In this document: one piece after another, positions 38,931-48,778 of the stretch | Numbering within the stretch: position 1 is the first letter of the stretch | Layout: each line of letters starts with the position of its first letter | Source: Alphaproteobacteria bacterium | GTDB taxonomy: Bacteria > Pseudomonadota > Alphaproteobacteria > UBA6615 | Reading direction: 5' to 3' | Assembly: GCA_022449545.1 (NCBI GenBank) | Contig: JAKUPN010000009.1 | Span: 6,764-70,763, forward strand | DNA length: 64,000 nucleotides | The notes under the pieces: generated by a model | Told to the model about the DNA's origin: nothing | The model's input: only the letters and a program-made list of their open reading frames with translations | The model's database searches: none | Translations under genes and position numbers: made by a program

Positions 38931-40700
38931 TTACTTCGGTGGTATAATTGGCAACAGAACATATGGTGACTTCTCTTCATCAACATGGAGGGTTACAGAG
39001 TTATCAAAAACGTCCATAGGTCTATTAACCGGATCATCGTGTAAAAAAGGACCAACTCCGGTAAAGGTATTTTTCATGTTAGACAATCCGGTGTTTGGCT
39101 CGCCCGGATAAACATAATCACATCCTCTTATTGATAAAGCAAAACGATAACCTTCAGGAACTACGATCCCTGTCGCATGTATTTCTATATCTAGTTCATA
39201 TACATCGCCTGGAACTAATTCCTCTATTTCATCATGCGTATGATAAGGAGCCCATTTTTCAGACTTATCTGGATCTATCTTACGATGAGACGCTCTTAAC
39301 CAACCCGAGGCAACGGGTGTATGAGGATCAAGTGCTCCTCTAAATGTTACCTCTTTTAGGTCAGACTGAAACACACGAAGTATAACAAAAATATCTGCAT
39401 CTTTTGTATCAGAAGAAGCGAATAACTTAACAGCCATTGGTCCACAAATTTCAGTTTCACTCTCAACAGGACTAGAAACAAATGTTAGTCCATCACCCAT
39501 CGCTTTATATGACATCTCAGACTTTTCTGTAATAGGAGTTGTCGATAAAACCTGCCCCTCAGGAAGTAGAAAATATTTTGTCCAGTCAGTTCTTGGCAGA
39601 GGCCAATCTTCTTCATCACGGAGAACAAACTTCTCACCTGGGTGACGTACATTTAAAGAGACCCTTGGCTGCTCACTCCATCCAGTGTCATCGTCCTTGA
39701 GATATTTATCAAAAAACCGCCACTGAATATCATTTCCATAGTCAGTATAGTATAGTGACCAATGCTCTAATCCATGTACTTCTAAATATTTATCTTTAGA
39801 AGCTGAATACATAAATCCATTGAAATTACCTCTGGGATGTAGTGGAGCGCCTCCCCAATTTCCGCAACTTAAGATTGGAACTTCAATTTTAGAAAAATCA
39901 ATATAGCGTTCAGCATAAAATTCATCATCTAGTTGATGCGCACTTAATGTTCCATGTAAATCAAATCGATTTTTTATTAACTGATCATCAGATAGGGTAA
40001 CTGGCCCAGCAGCTAATTCCCCATTTGCGCGTGAAGTATACCCTCGATCACCATAACCATGTTGAATCTGCATAATTTGCATATCATACCAATGCTTGGC
40101 GAATGTAGAGTAAATACCTCCGTGATAAGCACCTTCTCTATAATAATCTGCCGACCCCTCCCAAGGACATATCGCTGCTAAATGCTTCGGCTGTTCAGCT
40201 GCTACCATCCATTGATTAATAGCATAGTAAGAGATTCCGCTTAATCCAACCTTACCATTAGACCAACTTTGGACACCTCCCCATTCTATGCATTCAGCAA
40301 AATCTAGGGTTTCTCGTCTGGCAAAAACTTCAAGATAACCAGGTGAACGACCAGCCCCTCTAGAGTCAACACGAACCAAGGCATATCCTTTTGGAACCCA
40401 TTTTTCTGGATCTGCAACTTCCCAAGCCTGATGAATATTGGTCGATCCGGCTGGCACATCAGGATGATTTTGACACATTAAATCCCAACAAGTTTTATAT
40501 AGTTCCTCAAAATGCAAATCTTTTCCATATGGGCCATAGGACATTATAACGGGATACTTACCATTATCATCAGGTCTATAAACATTTGCCCTGAGCACCA
40601 CCCCATCATTCATTTCAATTGGCACATCCCAATCTATTCGCATTCCTTCACGAACTTCGGTTCTAAATATATCATCGACGCCAGTTTTTATGTCGTCCAT
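38931..40700 (-). CDS. CocE/NonD family hydrolase (peptidase S15-like); likely start ATG 40700
   Basis: DGVVLRANVYRP, PYGK, DSRGAGRSPG, nucleophile GISYYA, GWLRASHR; SD GGGGAG before MDDIK. Confidence 0.92.
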   Translation of the reverse strand: MDDIKTGVDDIFRTEVREGMRIDWDVPIEMNDGVVLRANVYRPDDNGKYPVIMSYGPYGKDLHFEELYKTCWDLMCQNHPDVPAGSTNIHQAWEVADPEKWVPKGYALVRVDSRGAGRSPGYLEVFARRETLDFAECIEWGGVQSWSNGKVGLSGISYYAINQWMVAAEQPKHLAAICPWEGSADYYREGAYHGGIYSTFAKHWYDMQIMQIQHGYGDRGYTSRANGELAAGPVTLSDDQLIKNRFDLHGTLSAHQLDDEFYAERYIDFSKIEVPILSCGNWGGAPLHPRGNFNGFMYSASKDKYLEVHGLEHWSLYYTDYGNDIQWRFFDKYLKDDDTGWSEQPRVSLNVRHPGEKFVLRDEEDWPLPRTDWTKYFLLPEGQVLSTTPITEKSEMSYKAMGDGLTFVSSPVESETEICGPMAVKLFASSDTKDADIFVILRVFQSDLKEVTFRGALDPHTPVASGWLRASHRKIDPDKSEKWAPYHTHDEIEELVPGDVYELDIEIHATGIVVPEGYRFALSIRGCDYVYPGEPNTGLSNMKNTFTGVGPFLHDDPVNRPMDVFDNSVTLHVDEEKSPYVLLPIIPPK

Positions 40701-40969
40701 ATCAGCTCCCCCTGAATTATAACCCAAAGTAAAAGTGTTCCAAGCATGCCTTATTAGGCTTGAAGTTGCATATAAAAGCTAGTCTAAGGCAAATTATTTT
40801 GTCCAGAAAAATACAATAAATATCTTTCTTCACCAAAAACTTTTGGTAATAGATAACTAATATTCATTATATGCTTATAAATAAATCATCATACACACAT
40901 TTAATCTGATTGTCAGAAACCGATATGGTAGTATTTGATCGGCAAGACATTGAGGGGGGAGTCATAATA

Positions 40970-41728
40970 ATGGATATATCATCAATTAAGAATCAAATTG
41001 CAGTCATACCTGGAGGAGCTGCGGGAATCGGACTTGCTTGTGCACAAAGATACTCTGCAGAAGGTGCAAAAGTAGCCATTATTGATCGCGATCAAAAAAA
41101 TGGAATGGCAGCTTTAGCTACATTGGAAGAAAAAGGTGGAGAAGCTATGTTTACTCCAGCCGAATGCACATCAGAATCGGAAATGGACTCAGCTATAGCA
41201 GAAGTGACTAAGAAGTGGGGTAAAGTTGACATACTCGCGAATTGTGCCGGGGGATTTCATTCGGCCCCCCCAATTGAAGAAGTCGATGCTATAAAATGGA
41301 GCCACGGAATAGAATGGAATCTTTCTGGCGTATATATACCAATAAGATCAGTTGTCCCTATTATGAAATCAAATAAATATGGTCGGATCGTCAGCATAGG
41401 TTCAGCGGCAGGAAGAACGGCAGCTCTTATTGCATCCATAGACTACTCAGCAGCTAAAGCTGCTGTAGGAGGCCTTTCAAGAAGATTAGCTATAGAGTTA
41501 GCCCCCCATGGAATAACAGTAAATACTGTTGCACCCGGAACAGTGATGACCCCACGTATAGCTGTTTTACACTCGTCTCGTATGAAACAACTAGAAAAAG
41601 CAATGCCCGTAGGAAGATTAGGCGAACCAGAAGAGATAGCGCATGCAGTTTGGTATCTTTCAACTCCTGGTGCAGCATTCACAACTGGCGCAATCCTTGA
41701 TGTGAATGGAGGATCCTGGACTGGCTGA
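40970..41728 (+). CDS. Short-chain dehydrogenase/reductase (FabG-like); likely start ATG 40970
   Basis: GGAAGIG, NCAG, YSAAK, VAPG, DVNGG; SD GAGGGGGGAG upstream. Confidence 0.92.
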   Translation: MDISSIKNQIAVIPGGAAGIGLACAQRYSAEGAKVAIIDRDQKNGMAALATLEEKGGEAMFTPAECTSESEMDSAIAEVTKKWGKVDILANCAGGFHSAPPIEEVDAIKWSHGIEWNLSGVYIPIRSVVPIMKSNKYGRIVSIGSAAGRTAALIASIDYSAAKAAVGGLSRRLAIELAPHGITVNTVAPGTVMTPRIAVLHSSRMKQLEKAMPVGRLGEPEEIAHAVWYLSTPGAAFTTGAILDVNGGSWTG

Positions 41729-41769
41729 GTGTCAATTATTAAATTATTTAGAATATTAAATACTGCTAA

Positions 41770-42147
41770 TTATATTCTAGTATCGTCCTCTAAACGGCGA
41801 GCAAAACTTATTTCGTGTCCATCAGGATCACGAATATGAAAATACCTCTCTCCCCAAGGGGCATCTTTCGGTCTCGAAAGAGGAAACAGTCCTAGTGATA
41901 ATGCTCGTTCATACATAACATCAACATTAGAGACGTAGATAATTATTCTTCCCCAATCTTTATGCTCATTTTCGTCTGAGCAAAGCGATAAATTTAGATA
42001 TCCAGAACCAATAGAAAAACTAGAAAATGAAGTTGATTCACCTCCATAAAGAAGCTGAAAACCCAGGGAGTTGTAAAACTTGACTGCACCTGACATGTTT
42101 TTTGTGAATAAAGTTATGGCACTTATTGATTCAATATTTGTCGACAA
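41770..42147 (-). CDS. VOC / glyoxalase family protein
   Basis: FYNSLGF, PKDAPWGERYFHIRDPDGHEISF. Confidence 0.9.
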   Translation of the reverse strand: MSTNIESISAITLFTKNMSGAVKFYNSLGFQLLYGGESTSFSSFSIGSGYLNLSLCSDENEHKDWGRIIIYVSNVDVMYERALSLGLFPLSRPKDAPWGERYFHIRDPDGHEISFARRLEDDTRI

Positions 42148-42151
42148 GATA

Positions 42152-43144
42152 TCAACTAACCTTAATTAACTTTCCTGTTCTAGACGATTCTATTATTGCG
42201 TCTGTTACAGAGACAACATGTATTATTTGATCATGACTAATAGGAAACGGTTCTTGTTCTAGGATAGACCTAGAAAATGCCTCTAATTCTTCCCTTAAGG
42301 TTTCAACATCCATGTCATAATCCCCAAAATCAATATCTTCATTTTCACCCCTAATAGGTCTGAACTGAAACTTATTATAAGACCGCGTTCGAATCTCAGA
42401 TGTCCCTGCTGTTCCATATACAGCAAATCTATTATCGGGAGGTGCAGAAAGTAAGGTTAATAGAAACCCGGTCATGCCATTCTTAAATGTAAGAGTAACA
42501 ACAGTTGTATCATCAATTTTTTGATCCACAACCTGACGAACGCTTTGACAAAAAACAGTTAAAATCTCTCCGAACAACTCAACCATGTGGTCAATTTGAT
42601 GCACTCCCATTGGAGTTATTCCTCCCGCAGGCCACTCCAACTCACTGAAACGCCAATCATCTTCAGACATCCAGGATGTCGCTGGTATAGCAGCCATTGC
42701 CTCCACGTGAAGAGGAGTGCCTAGTTTACCACAAGAAATTAGTTTCCTCATTTTTTTCATAGAAGGATGGAAGCGACGGTTATAGCCTACTCCAACCTGT
42801 AAACCTGCTTCTTTGATCTCAGAGATAGCAAACTCACATTCTAATTTATTCATAGTGAACGGTTTCTCACAAAAGATATGCTTATTGGCTCTGACTGCTT
42901 TACCTATCTGTTCCGAATGTAATGTATGAGGAGTTGCTAATACAATGGCTTCTATATTTTCCTCCTTTAACATTTCATCATAACTTTCAAAAATTTTCAG
43001 TCCAAAGTCATTTGAAAATTGAGTTACTCTCTCCGGATGTCTCACTGAACCCGCCACAAAGTTTATAGAGGCATCGGTATTATTTACTGACCTAACAAGG
43101 TTTTGTCCCCACCAACCGAGGCCTAATATGCCTGCTTTAATCAT
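42152..43144 (-). CDS. Gfo/Idh/MocA family oxidoreductase; likely start ATG 43144
   Basis: GLGWWG, ATPHTLH, CEKP, GYNRRF, MGVHQID. Confidence 0.92.
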   Translation of the reverse strand: MIKAGILGLGWWGQNLVRSVNNTDASINFVAGSVRHPERVTQFSNDFGLKIFESYDEMLKEENIEAIVLATPHTLHSEQIGKAVRANKHIFCEKPFTMNKLECEFAISEIKEAGLQVGVGYNRRFHPSMKKMRKLISCGKLGTPLHVEAMAAIPATSWMSEDDWRFSELEWPAGGITPMGVHQIDHMVELFGEILTVFCQSVRQVVDQKIDDTTVVTLTFKNGMTGFLLTLLSAPPDNRFAVYGTAGTSEIRTRSYNKFQFRPIRGENEDIDFGDYDMDVETLREELEAFSRSILEQEPFPISHDQIIHVVSVTDAIIESSRTGKLIKVS

Positions 43145-43165
43145 TATATAATTACCCAATTTGTT

Positions 43166-44158
43166 TTATGAAACATGAACTAATTCTTTTGTTTTAGAAG
43201 ACTGAATTATTGATTCCAAAACAGCTACAGCATGAATAATTTGTTCCTGTGGAATTGGGTGTTCTTCTCTATTCTCAACCGCTGCTGCAAATGCTTCCAG
43301 TTCTAAGTTTAAAGCGTCCATTTCAATATTAAAATCTCCATAATCAATGTCTTCTATTTCTCCATTCATAGGGGTTATTTGGAGTTTATTATATGATCTT
43401 TGAGTTACATGAGCTGCAGCGTCAGTCCCATGAATGGTTAAACTCAAACTCATTTGTGCAGCGACCATAACTGCTATGTAACCAGTCATACCATTTTCAA
43501 ATTGAAGTAAGACAGAGGTTGTATCATCTATGTCTGCCTTTACAACCCGGTTTACGCTCTGACAAAAAACAGACTTCACTCTTCCGAATAAATCTATCAT
43601 TCCGTCTATCAAGTGAATGCCCATGGGAGTCATGCCTCCTGCAGGCCACTCATTTCGATCAAAACGCCAAGTGTCAGGTGGTAACATTATCCCCGCGGGC
43701 ACTGATTCCGTCGCTTCTACATGCAAAGGAATTCCAAATTCTCCACTGGCTAACATTTTTCGTAAATTTGTCATAACTGGGTGAAAGCGTCTATTGTGTC
43801 CGACAACCACTGTCAGGTTAGCTTTATTTGCTTCTGTTATTACTTTTTCCGCATCACTTTTATTCATTGTAAAAGGTTTCTCACAGTAAATATGTTTCCC
43901 AGCTGAAACTGCATTCATCATCTGCTCAGCATGTATTGAGTGAGGAGTGGCTAGAACGACGCTATCTATATCTGCTTCGGATAGCATTTGATCATAACTA
44001 CTGTACATTTCGAGATGATTTTTTTGGGAAAACTCAACAACTTTATCGGGGTGTCGAACAGCGCCAGCGCTAAATTTTATTGATTCACTTTTATCCTGAA
44101 CTGAATTAACAAGATTTTGTCCCCACCATCCTAGACCAACTATACCGGCATTAATCAT
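43166..44158 (-). CDS. Gfo/Idh/MocA family oxidoreductase (tandem paralog)
   Basis: GLGWWG, ATPHSIH, CEKP, GHNRRF, MGIHLID. Confidence 0.92.
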   Translation of the reverse strand: MINAGIVGLGWWGQNLVNSVQDKSESIKFSAGAVRHPDKVVEFSQKNHLEMYSSYDQMLSEADIDSVVLATPHSIHAEQMMNAVSAGKHIYCEKPFTMNKSDAEKVITEANKANLTVVVGHNRRFHPVMTNLRKMLASGEFGIPLHVEATESVPAGIMLPPDTWRFDRNEWPAGGMTPMGIHLIDGMIDLFGRVKSVFCQSVNRVVKADIDDTTSVLLQFENGMTGYIAVMVAAQMSLSLTIHGTDAAAHVTQRSYNKLQITPMNGEIEDIDYGDFNIEMDALNLELEAFAAAVENREEHPIPQEQIIHAVAVLESIIQSSKTKELVHVS

Positions 44159-44310
44159 CTTTTACTTCCTTCCATTGAAATCAGAACTTGCAAACATAAT
44201 TTAAAATATTTTCTAGTAAAAGCCTTATGTTAAACTGAGCTTTTATTCTAAGATTATAACTGCATAGGGCTGTAGCATTTAAATCAAGCTCAAATATTAG
44301 GAGATATCTT

Positions 44311-45207
44311 ATGAATCTAAAAGTGGGCGTCAGCGGTTTAGGAATTATGGGGGGAGCATTTGCTGTGAATCTAGTCAAGAACGGGTTTCAGGTAACTGGC
44401 TACGACCCTAACAGTAAAAGAAAACAAAAATTTAAAAAATCAGGTGGGAAAATTGCTAGAAGCAATAAAGAGTTGGCCATGAAGTCAGATGTTATTATTA
44501 CCTCATTGCCGACAGCATCTGTTTTAGATGAGGTCATACAAGGTAGATCTGGAATTGTTTCAAGTGGCAAAAAAAATCTAGTTTTACTTGAAGCCAGTAC
44601 TGTAAGTTTTGCAGAAAAAGAGAGAAATCGTTCTGCTTTAAAACTAATTAATGGCACGATGTTAGATACGCCTGTCAGTGGCGCCGGTAGACAGGCTGAA
44701 GCGGGCGAGATATCAATAATGATCAGCGGACCAAAGTCAGCCTATAACAAAATTAAGTCAATATTACCAGGATTTACAAAAATACACTACTATGTAGGAA
44801 CCTTTGGTGAGAGCACAAAGTTAAAGCTTTTGATTAACATGTTAATTTCTGTTCATGGAGCGGCTTTTGCAGAAGCCATAACTCTGGCTAGGGCATCTGG
44901 GGTTAATTTAAAAACGTTTCAAGAAGTACTAAAACCTTCTGCAGGAAACTCAAGAGTAATTGAATACCGTGGTCCATTGATGATTGACGATGAGTATTCA
45001 GACTTAAATGTTAAAACAGCTGATTTAACAATAATGATGAAAGACAATGAGTTAATCGAACAATATGCTAAAGACTACCGTGTGCCAGTGCCAGTATTTC
45101 TTAATAGCATGTCACTAACCTACGCTGCCTTATCACAGGGGTATGGTGATCATGACCCTGGAGTGATAACTCGGATTTGTGAACAAATGGCAGGAATACC
45201 GAGATAA
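44311..45207 (+). CDS. Beta-hydroxyacid dehydrogenase (3-hydroxyisobutyrate dehydrogenase family)
   Basis: GLGIMG, DTPVSG, catalytic Lys in KLLINML, KD motif. Confidence 0.9.
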   Translation: MNLKVGVSGLGIMGGAFAVNLVKNGFQVTGYDPNSKRKQKFKKSGGKIARSNKELAMKSDVIITSLPTASVLDEVIQGRSGIVSSGKKNLVLLEASTVSFAEKERNRSALKLINGTMLDTPVSGAGRQAEAGEISIMISGPKSAYNKIKSILPGFTKIHYYVGTFGESTKLKLLINMLISVHGAAFAEAITLARASGVNLKTFQEVLKPSAGNSRVIEYRGPLMIDDEYSDLNVKTADLTIMMKDNELIEQYAKDYRVPVPVFLNSMSLTYAALSQGYGDHDPGVITRICEQMAGIPR

Positions 45208-45273
45208 ATAATCTTCAATGAGAAGCGTCCAAAGTTAATTTTAAATTTATTGTTAATTCATTGGGAGAGTTTT

Positions 45274-46149
45274 ATGAATCTCACGGTTGGTGTCATAGGA
45301 CTAGGTAATATCGGAAATGGAGTTGCAAAAAACATATCTAAAAAAGGATATAAGGTTCTTGGGTTTGATATCGACCCCAATCGTATGGACGAGTGTATAG
45401 CTATATCGGTAAACAGCATTGAAAAGATTGCTTCCCAAAGCCATTTTCTTTTAGTGGCAGTTGCAACGCTGGAAGCATACGAAGAAGTGATGAAAATTAT
45501 ATCCATAAATGCATCTGATAAGCTTATCGTCGGTGACTTATGCACCTTTTCAGAAAAAACAAAGAAACAATCCTGTCTTATGCTAGCCGAGAATGGAATC
45601 GTCCTAATTGATTGCCCAGTATCAGGAGCCCGACCACAATCTCAAGCAGGAAAACTTTCAATGACCGTTAGTGGGAAGAAACCTGCTTTTGACAAAGTAG
45701 AAACCATTCTTAATAGCTTTTGTAGATCAGTAATTTACGTTGGTGAATTTGGAGTTAGTATTAAAATAAAATACATTCTAAATCTAATGATCGCCATTCA
45801 TAATTTAACTTGTGCAGAAGCCTTTGTAATGGCCGAAAAAGTGGGTGTTGATTTAGAGCTCTTTGTCAAAGTAGTTAAAAATAGTAGCGCACATTTAGAG
45901 ATTTTTGATACGCGTGCTGATAAGTGGATCACTGGAAACTATGATAAAGATATAACCGCAGCACTAGGGATAACATTGAAGGACAAATTAGTTATTCAAG
46001 AATTTGCCGCAGAACACAACATTCCAACACCCTTATACAAAGTGGCAGGGAAATATTATGATGAAGCAGCTATGCGTGGATGGAACGAGAAGGACGCAGC
46101 AGTTATCCTTAAACTGTTAGAAGAAAAAACGGGAATAACCAGGGATTAA
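45274..46149 (+). CDS. Beta-hydroxyacid dehydrogenase (tandem paralog); likely start ATG 45274
   Basis: GLGNIG, DCPVSG, KYILNL, LKD; SD GGGAG upstream. Confidence 0.9.
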   Translation: MNLTVGVIGLGNIGNGVAKNISKKGYKVLGFDIDPNRMDECIAISVNSIEKIASQSHFLLVAVATLEAYEEVMKIISINASDKLIVGDLCTFSEKTKKQSCLMLAENGIVLIDCPVSGARPQSQAGKLSMTVSGKKPAFDKVETILNSFCRSVIYVGEFGVSIKIKYILNLMIAIHNLTCAEAFVMAEKVGVDLELFVKVVKNSSAHLEIFDTRADKWITGNYDKDITAALGITLKDKLVIQEFAAEHNIPTPLYKVAGKYYDEAAMRGWNEKDAAVILKLLEEKTGITRD

Positions 46150-46235
46150 TAAATCAATATTTTTTATATTTTCTAGAAATCGTAGACTAAGATTGTTCAA
46201 ACATAACTCTGTAATTATTAAACCATTTGGGACAT

Positions 46236-47273
46236 ATGATGGACATAAAAATGATAACTGAGGAGATAACTGGACCTGGAGCTTGGCTGGGTCCAGAAAT
46301 CCAGAACGATCAGAGCTGGTTAATGAACCTTGATGAGGACGATATTAACGAAATAGAAGCCGCTTTAAGTTTAATCAAGGAATCGAAAATAAAAATACCA
46401 TTTCCTGCCAGTTCTTTTGATATACCTAACTTACGAAAAAAAATAAGGTCTTTAGCTCACTCAATCAATCAGGGCGCTGGCATCGTGCTACTGCGTGGAC
46501 TACCCCGCGATAAATATAGTGATATAGACTGTGAGATTATATATTGGGGTATTTGCATACAAATTGGTACCCCAGTTTCGCAAAATTCAAGAGGTCATTT
46601 GTTGGGACATGTTCGTGATGAAGGACGTGATATCAACGACCCTAATGCCCGTCCATATCAAACATCGAGTAAAATGGATTTTCATTGTGATCTTATGCCC
46701 GTAGATATATTAGGACTCTTCTGTTCAAGAGCAGCAAAAAGTGGTGGTGAGAGTTATGTGATAAGTGCCGAAACCTTACATAATGTCATACTAGCTGAAC
46801 GTGCTGACTACCTAGAAGCTCTCTACCAACCCCTTAATATTGACTGGGCGGGCGAAGAACCAGAAGGCACTGATCCTTGGTATTCCATGCCAATGTTTAG
46901 TGTTGCAGATGGAAAAATTACATCCCGTATAACGAGTCGCAGGTTTGTACAAATGGTAACGCGTCACGGAAAGTTTCTAGCAGCAACAAAAAAACAACTT
47001 GAAGCAATAGACTTCGCTCAACAGGTGGCTCAAAGACCAGAGCTAAGACTAAAAATGGTGCTCAAAGAAGGAGACATGCAGTTTCTAAGTAATCATAGGA
47101 CTTTGCACGGACGCTCGTCCTTCACAGATGATGAGACAAACAGCAAAAGACACCTAATGAGAATGTGGATCAGCTTGAATGACAAAGAAAGAAGACCTCT
47201 GTCCCATTTACTTGATGAGCGTTACAGCTGGGTAAAAAATGGAGGCATTCCCCAAAAAACAAATTTAATATAA
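46236..47273 (+). CDS. TauD/TfdA family Fe(II)/2-oxoglutarate-dependent dioxygenase
   Basis: GPGAW, SQNSRG, HxD motif FHCD, distal LHGR, RHLMRMW; start could be 46227-46251. Confidence 0.9.
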   Translation: MMDIKMITEEITGPGAWLGPEIQNDQSWLMNLDEDDINEIEAALSLIKESKIKIPFPASSFDIPNLRKKIRSLAHSINQGAGIVLLRGLPRDKYSDIDCEIIYWGICIQIGTPVSQNSRGHLLGHVRDEGRDINDPNARPYQTSSKMDFHCDLMPVDILGLFCSRAAKSGGESYVISAETLHNVILAERADYLEALYQPLNIDWAGEEPEGTDPWYSMPMFSVADGKITSRITSRRFVQMVTRHGKFLAATKKQLEAIDFAQQVAQRPELRLKMVLKEGDMQFLSNHRTLHGRSSFTDDETNSKRHLMRMWISLNDKERRPLSHLLDERYSWVKNGGIPQKTNLI

Positions 47274-47352
47274 TTTTAGGAGTTACTTTAACCTATGTTT
47301 TAAAGCAAACTATTAGTGTCTCGATTTTATTCTTAATTAAAGGAAATATTAT

Positions 47353-48045
47353 ATGACTAAATATCACCTTGTTAGCTCGTTCACCTGACCTTGGGTGCAG
47401 CGCGCCGTGATCATAATGCGTGCGAAGAAAGTTCAATTTGACGTGACGTATATTAACTTACTGGATAAACCCAAATGGTTTTTAGACATTTCACCCCATG
47501 GTAAAGTGCCTCTGCTAATGGTGGAGAATAGAGTTCTATTTGAATCGAACGCGATTGCTGAATACCTAGATGAAGTAGTTCCTCCACAATTACATCCAGT
47601 TGATCCCATTAAAAAAGCACATAACAGAGCCTGGACAGATTTCGTACCCGAATTTGCTAAAGTCCTTGGAGCCATAGGATATTCAAAAAGCCTAGATGAG
47701 ATGAATGAAGCCCTATTAAATGCCCCTAAAGTTCTCGCGAAAATTGAGGAAGCACTGATAAACCAGGATGAGGACGGTCCATTTTTTAATGGAAAAAAAC
47801 TCTGTTTGGTAGACGCAGCTTATGCTCCTTTCCTACAACGATATAGGCTTATCGATAAAATGCTCAATAATAACGTCTTAAAGAATTTCCCACATATTAA
47901 CTCTTGGACCGATAATCTGCTTTCTGATGAAAGGGTTATTTTAGCTGTACCAGATAATTTTGAGGAAGAATTCCTTGCCTCTCTCATACGCAGAAAAACG
48001 TATGCCTCTTCATTTATCAAAGATTCGAACTTAGCGGCAGAATAA
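47353..48045 (+). CDS. Glutathione S-transferase (omega-like Cys-GST) with probable selenocysteine at residue 12, 230 aa
   Basis: SD AAGGA, then ATG 47353: MTKYHLVSSFT-TGA-PWVQRAVI... in frame with the track ORF (KPKWFLDISPHGKVP, LFESNAIAEYLDE). The TGA sits at the Cys position of the CP(Y/W)VQR motif. Confidence 0.85.
47389..47424 (+). promoter_or_regulatory. Putative bacterial SECIS hairpin
   Basis: GC-rich stem just 3' of the TGA: GCGCGC(47400-05)/GCGTGC(47418-23), or the alternative CGCGC/GTGCG plus CGT/ATG with a G-initiated apical loop GATCATA about 20 nt after the TGA; folded by eye. Confidence 0.55.
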
Positions 48046-48063
48046 CCATTCCTGAGTTAGAGA

Positions 48064-48765
48064 ATGATTTCTTACAAGATACATAATCCACATGGATATA
48101 GAGCTGAAGACCCCCGTTTTGGTCTTTCGGGCGAAGAGTTAAAAAATTATTATTTATCACAGCCAACGCAATTTTACGTTAAGTGCATTTACAAGCAAGA
48201 ATCAAAAAATTCATTAACTCAGGCATCATCCGCCCATGAGCTAAATATTAAATTATTACTTAATGACATCCAATTCGTGGGCCCTCTTTTGTCCGAAGAC
48301 AATGATACAGAAATAGGCATGATGTATATAATGAATATGCCGAATCGTAATTCTGTCGAGGCGTTTCTTAAAAAAGATGAATGTTATAAACTAGGACTAA
48401 TAGAAAAAATAGAAATTTATAGATTTATTAACAGTAAAAAACACCGATTTGGAGATCGTTCACCTGATACCCAAATGCAATTGTTTGTCTGTGAATGTCT
48501 AGATAAAAAGAATATAAGTGACCTTCGCTCTAAAACCTCAGAGGCACACCATAATTACCAGGGGCAGATTATAAATAACTATTTCGCACACGGCCCTTTA
48601 AGAAGTGATGATGGAGTTAATTTGATAGGCAGTTTATTTATTATAGAGGTAGAAAATATGAAAGCGGCCAAAAAGTTGGTGGCCTCTGAACCCTTTACAA
48701 AAGCGGGCGTTTTTAAAACCACCACAATAACAGGCTGGCGTTACAGTCACTTTCTAAAATCATAA
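48064..48765 (+). CDS. Tandem two-domain YciI family protein
   Basis: Two repeats of AH...GPL.S.D....IG...I...(D/E)..Y/F.K.G: GPLLSEDNDTEIGMMYI and GPLRSDDGVNLIGSLFI. Confidence 0.8.
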   Translation: MISYKIHNPHGYRAEDPRFGLSGEELKNYYLSQPTQFYVKCIYKQESKNSLTQASSAHELNIKLLLNDIQFVGPLLSEDNDTEIGMMYIMNMPNRNSVEAFLKKDECYKLGLIEKIEIYRFINSKKHRFGDRSPDTQMQLFVCECLDKKNISDLRSKTSEAHHNYQGQIINNYFAHGPLRSDDGVNLIGSLFIIEVENMKAAKKLVASEPFTKAGVFKTTTITGWRYSHFLKS

Positions 48766-48778
48766 ATAATAGAAATTC

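Noticed and set aside
47386-47388. TGA reassigned to Trp or Gly (alternative genetic code)
   Set aside because: TGA terminates several genes at their expected C-termini (8440, 23038, 33283, 41728), and no other gene shows an internal TGA.
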